A DNA stretch of 64,000 nucleotides from Selaginella moellendorffii (Eukaryota > Plantae > Lycopodiophyta). Position 1 is the first letter of the stretch. Each line of letters starts with the position of its first letter. Positions 61,501 through 64,000 of this stretch are shown one piece after another. The notes beneath the pieces are model-generated. The model saw only the letters and a program-made list of their open reading frames with translations. It had not been told where the DNA came from and did not search any database. The translations under genes were made by a program, and so were the position numbers. The stretch spans positions 2,115,046 through 2,179,045 of the forward strand of contig NW_003314262.1 in assembly GCF_000143415.4 (NCBI RefSeq), read 5' to 3'.

Positions 61501-63215
61501 CTCCACTTTATCTCTGGATCCACCTTCACCAACCATGGCATCCCAAGGATGAGATCCACACGATGGATATCTGCGAGATAAAAAGTCTCCACAAGTGTGG
61601 TTTTGCCAACCAACACTTCCAACCCCTCGACACAAGCATCAAAATACTGAGCAGAGGTAGCTACACCTTCCACTGTGTATGAAAGAACTCCGCGTGTGAC
61701 CAAGCCATACTCCGCAACAAACTTTGCCGAAACAAAGTTGTCATCACTCCCACTATTTAGTAAAATCCACACTGGATTGCCACGGAACATGCCCTCCAGC
61801 ATTAAAGTTGATTCACGCGTATCCTCGAGCTCCATCTTGTTCCACACACAGTTGAGCTGACGAGCAATGATTGAAAGTCGCTTCCTCCGACCAGAATGGT
61901 CGTTCTCCTCATCCTCACGCTGCAAAGTTTGCAACTTTTTAGTATCTGACTTACTGTGAGAAGAAGATTGGCCATTCTTCTTGTCCTACTGCTTGTTCTT
62001 CAACTGCGGACAATCAGCCTTGTAGTGTCCAAGTTCCCTGCAATGATGACAACCCTGTCTATAATTCTTCACAAAGAACTTCTGCTTCTTGGACCCCTTT
62101 GCATCCGAAGTAGTCACCATTGACTTCACAACTTGTGATGCTTGTTCCCATCCTTGTGTCCATGGCAATCATCACGATGATTCTTGATAAAAGGACTTTG
62201 GGAACGCTTGCGAGACTTGTGCTTATCATTGTCAAGTCGACGAGCCGCATCAAAGAGCTCCTCCAAACTCTTTGTAGGTTGAGAATGATGCAAGTGTTGC
62301 CGCATGCTCTCACTATGTAGGCCATCAATGAAGTAGGACTTGTTCTGATCTGGATCCTTCGTTGGAACATGACTAATCAAGCGAGTAAGCTTCTCAATAT
62401 AGTCCCCAAGCATCATTTTCCCTTGCTGGAAATGTTGAAGTTCTGTACGAGCATTCTCCACATCATAATGAGGGGCAAAACGTAAACGGAAAGCAGCCTC
62501 AAACTCATCCATGGTAGACACTGGTGGTTTCTTATTTGCAACATGGGACTCCTCAAGCCAATTCCACCATCGAAGACCCGCATCACACAAAACCATCAGA
62601 ATAGCCACTAAAGCCTCTGCATCCAGAGTTCCCCTAGCAGCCAAGAACTTCTTCACATTGGCTAGCCAAGCGAGACACTCGTCCACACCACCATCACCGG
62701 AAAAAGTTGGAATCTTGAGTCGATCTACCAAAGAAGGCTTACTTGGAGCGCTACCCCGTCCAGTCTCGAGTGCCTCAACACGCCCACACATGGTATCCAT
62801 CATGCCATGCATCTCGTCTTGCATCTCTTGCTGATTTCGGTTAAGGGCTTGTAGCTCATGAACCACATCTTGAATGGTCCAAATCTCCTCAGCTTCGTCA
62901 GCACCATTGTCGGCACCACCATCGACAATAGGATTCTAGCGTTCAGCTTGGTCGGCCATCGCAACCAACTTCTTTGATACCAATGTTATGATCTAGTGAA
63001 AAAAAACAGAGATCTAGTCGCCCTAGACTATGCTACACCACCTTTTGAGATTCCTCACCACCCAACCACCCCCGAGCTACCTCAAAAGCTCCACTATGGT
63101 GCCGCTCCACTGTGAGCCCTAGGGTAGGTTAGTCCCTTACCCTAACATGCCTTAATATACCCTTGAGCCTCCCTTTGACCGATGTTGACCATGTAGTCAA
63201 AGCTAGCGCCTAACA
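58501..63215 (-). mobile_element. Degenerate Ty3/gypsy LTR retrotransposon (gag-protease-RT-RNase H-truncated integrase)
   Basis: LTRs 58501-58723 and 62984-63215; iMet PBS TGGTATCAAAG; PPT GGGGGGGAAGAAT. Gag 62126-62959, zinc knuckle CHHCRELGHYKADC, protease LLNSGS, RT/RH ORF 59839-61254 (KKKDGSMRMCIDYRALN, SLDDIL, VTCDAS), integrase pieces 58909-59689. Confidence 0.95.
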
Positions 63216-63645
63216 CTGCCTCTTTGTCGATGTTCCTTATTCCAAAGGGCGTGACCGTGTAAACAACTCTAACTGCATGTTTACAGTAGTCTATCTAAAC
63301 CTTACCGACGGGTTTGGTTTCTTTGCTCAGAAGGGTTGGGGCCTCTGGCTTCTCTCTCTATGTTCTTGCGGGCAGGGGCATATCACACTTTTGTAAGCTG
63401 GGTGACTTCTAGAGCAGCAAGGGTGGCTGACTCCGTTGGTCATTTCTTTGTCGGCGACGGCCAGAAGGTGTTTGAGTTGGTAGCGCATCCACGTTAGACA
63501 AAGAGGTTACTTCCTAACTCATTTAAGTTAGTGCATTTCTCACATAGTGTGAATACCGTGAACTTTTTCTGGAGTTGTTTCCTTGGCGGTATTCTAGACT
63601 CAAGTATGTATCGACAAGGATGTCGATCTTCCCTAGGGGGGAGAG

Positions 63646-64000
63646 TGTCGCGAATGTGACTTCGGGTATCGAAAGTTACCTGTCGACTAGTCCTTATGGA
63701 CACTCTTACCTTACTGCCACGACGGCAGGAGGTCGGTATTGCTGGACCCGTTATCAATCTCCGCCTAAGCTAGTTGAGAAACTGGTCCTCACATGTGCAC
63801 TTGACCAAATGAGCATAAGGAAGGAATTCCTAAGTGTCTATTTAGTCAAGCATACTTGACCTAGTTAGAGAAACTCATTCGTTGACTTGCAGTTGCTAGT
63901 GTTGGGAACCCCCGCGATATTGAGCTTGGTCCCTCAATATCACTAGATGATAGCTTACCATGTCTGCCAAACGCCTTCGCTATCATGCCCTTTGTGTTAG
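63646..64000 (+). repeat. 3' LTR (partial, truncated by window end)
   Basis: Direct repeat of 34516-34870, preceded by the PPT. Confidence 0.88.

Larger units (their letters stand above)
34516..64000 (+). mobile_element. Large LTR retroelement with no recognisable coding region (LARD-like), host to nested insertions; runs off the window end
   Basis: 5' LTR TG(34516)...CA(35631) followed by iMet PBS TGGTATCAGAG (35634-35644). PPT AGGGGGGAGAG (63635-63645) precedes a second LTR copy from 63646. About 12 mismatches in the first 125 bp, almost all transitions. Confidence 0.85.

Overview
Eukaryotic plant nuclear DNA, most consistent with a lycophyte such as Selaginella (45-70 nt introns, very dense genes, an XIP aquaporin); the species is inferred. 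Layout: (1) 1-16.9 kb is decayed transposon sequence: a LINE, a Tat-like Ty3/gypsy with an extra RNase H remnant, an RT-less gypsy relic carrying a 284-bp MITE, and a scrambled pseudogene copy of the nearby ARM gene. (2) 17.2-32.3 kb is a compact host gene island: CYP71-clan P450, tRNA-Glu(UUC), BLE2-like ARM protein, XIP aquaporin, MinE, STIG1-like, HINT, thioredoxin x, phytocyanin-AGP and SHH (SAWADEE homeodomain). (3) 32.5-64 kb is nested elements. A non-coding LTR element (5' LTR 34516-35631, 3' LTR from 63646) holds a degenerate gypsy (58501-63215) and an 18.4-kb TIR DNA transposon (39606-57960). The DNA transposon in turn holds a young Gag-only LTR element (46412-52211). The most notable system is that DNA transposon. 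It has an intact 1022-aa Sola-like DDD transposase and a divergent 9-intron gene that splices into one ~1600-aa fusion of a ParB/Srx-like domain, a putative inactive amino-methyltransferase fold, a disordered linker and an FCP1-like HAD phosphatase. About 20 copies of a 22-bp palindrome (ATGGCRTG-N6-CAYGCCAT) are spread along it, and two are kept in its MITE. This suggests a ParB/parS-like self-recognition system in a plant transposon, which is a hypothesis. Domain calls come from recognising motifs by eye; no database search was run.
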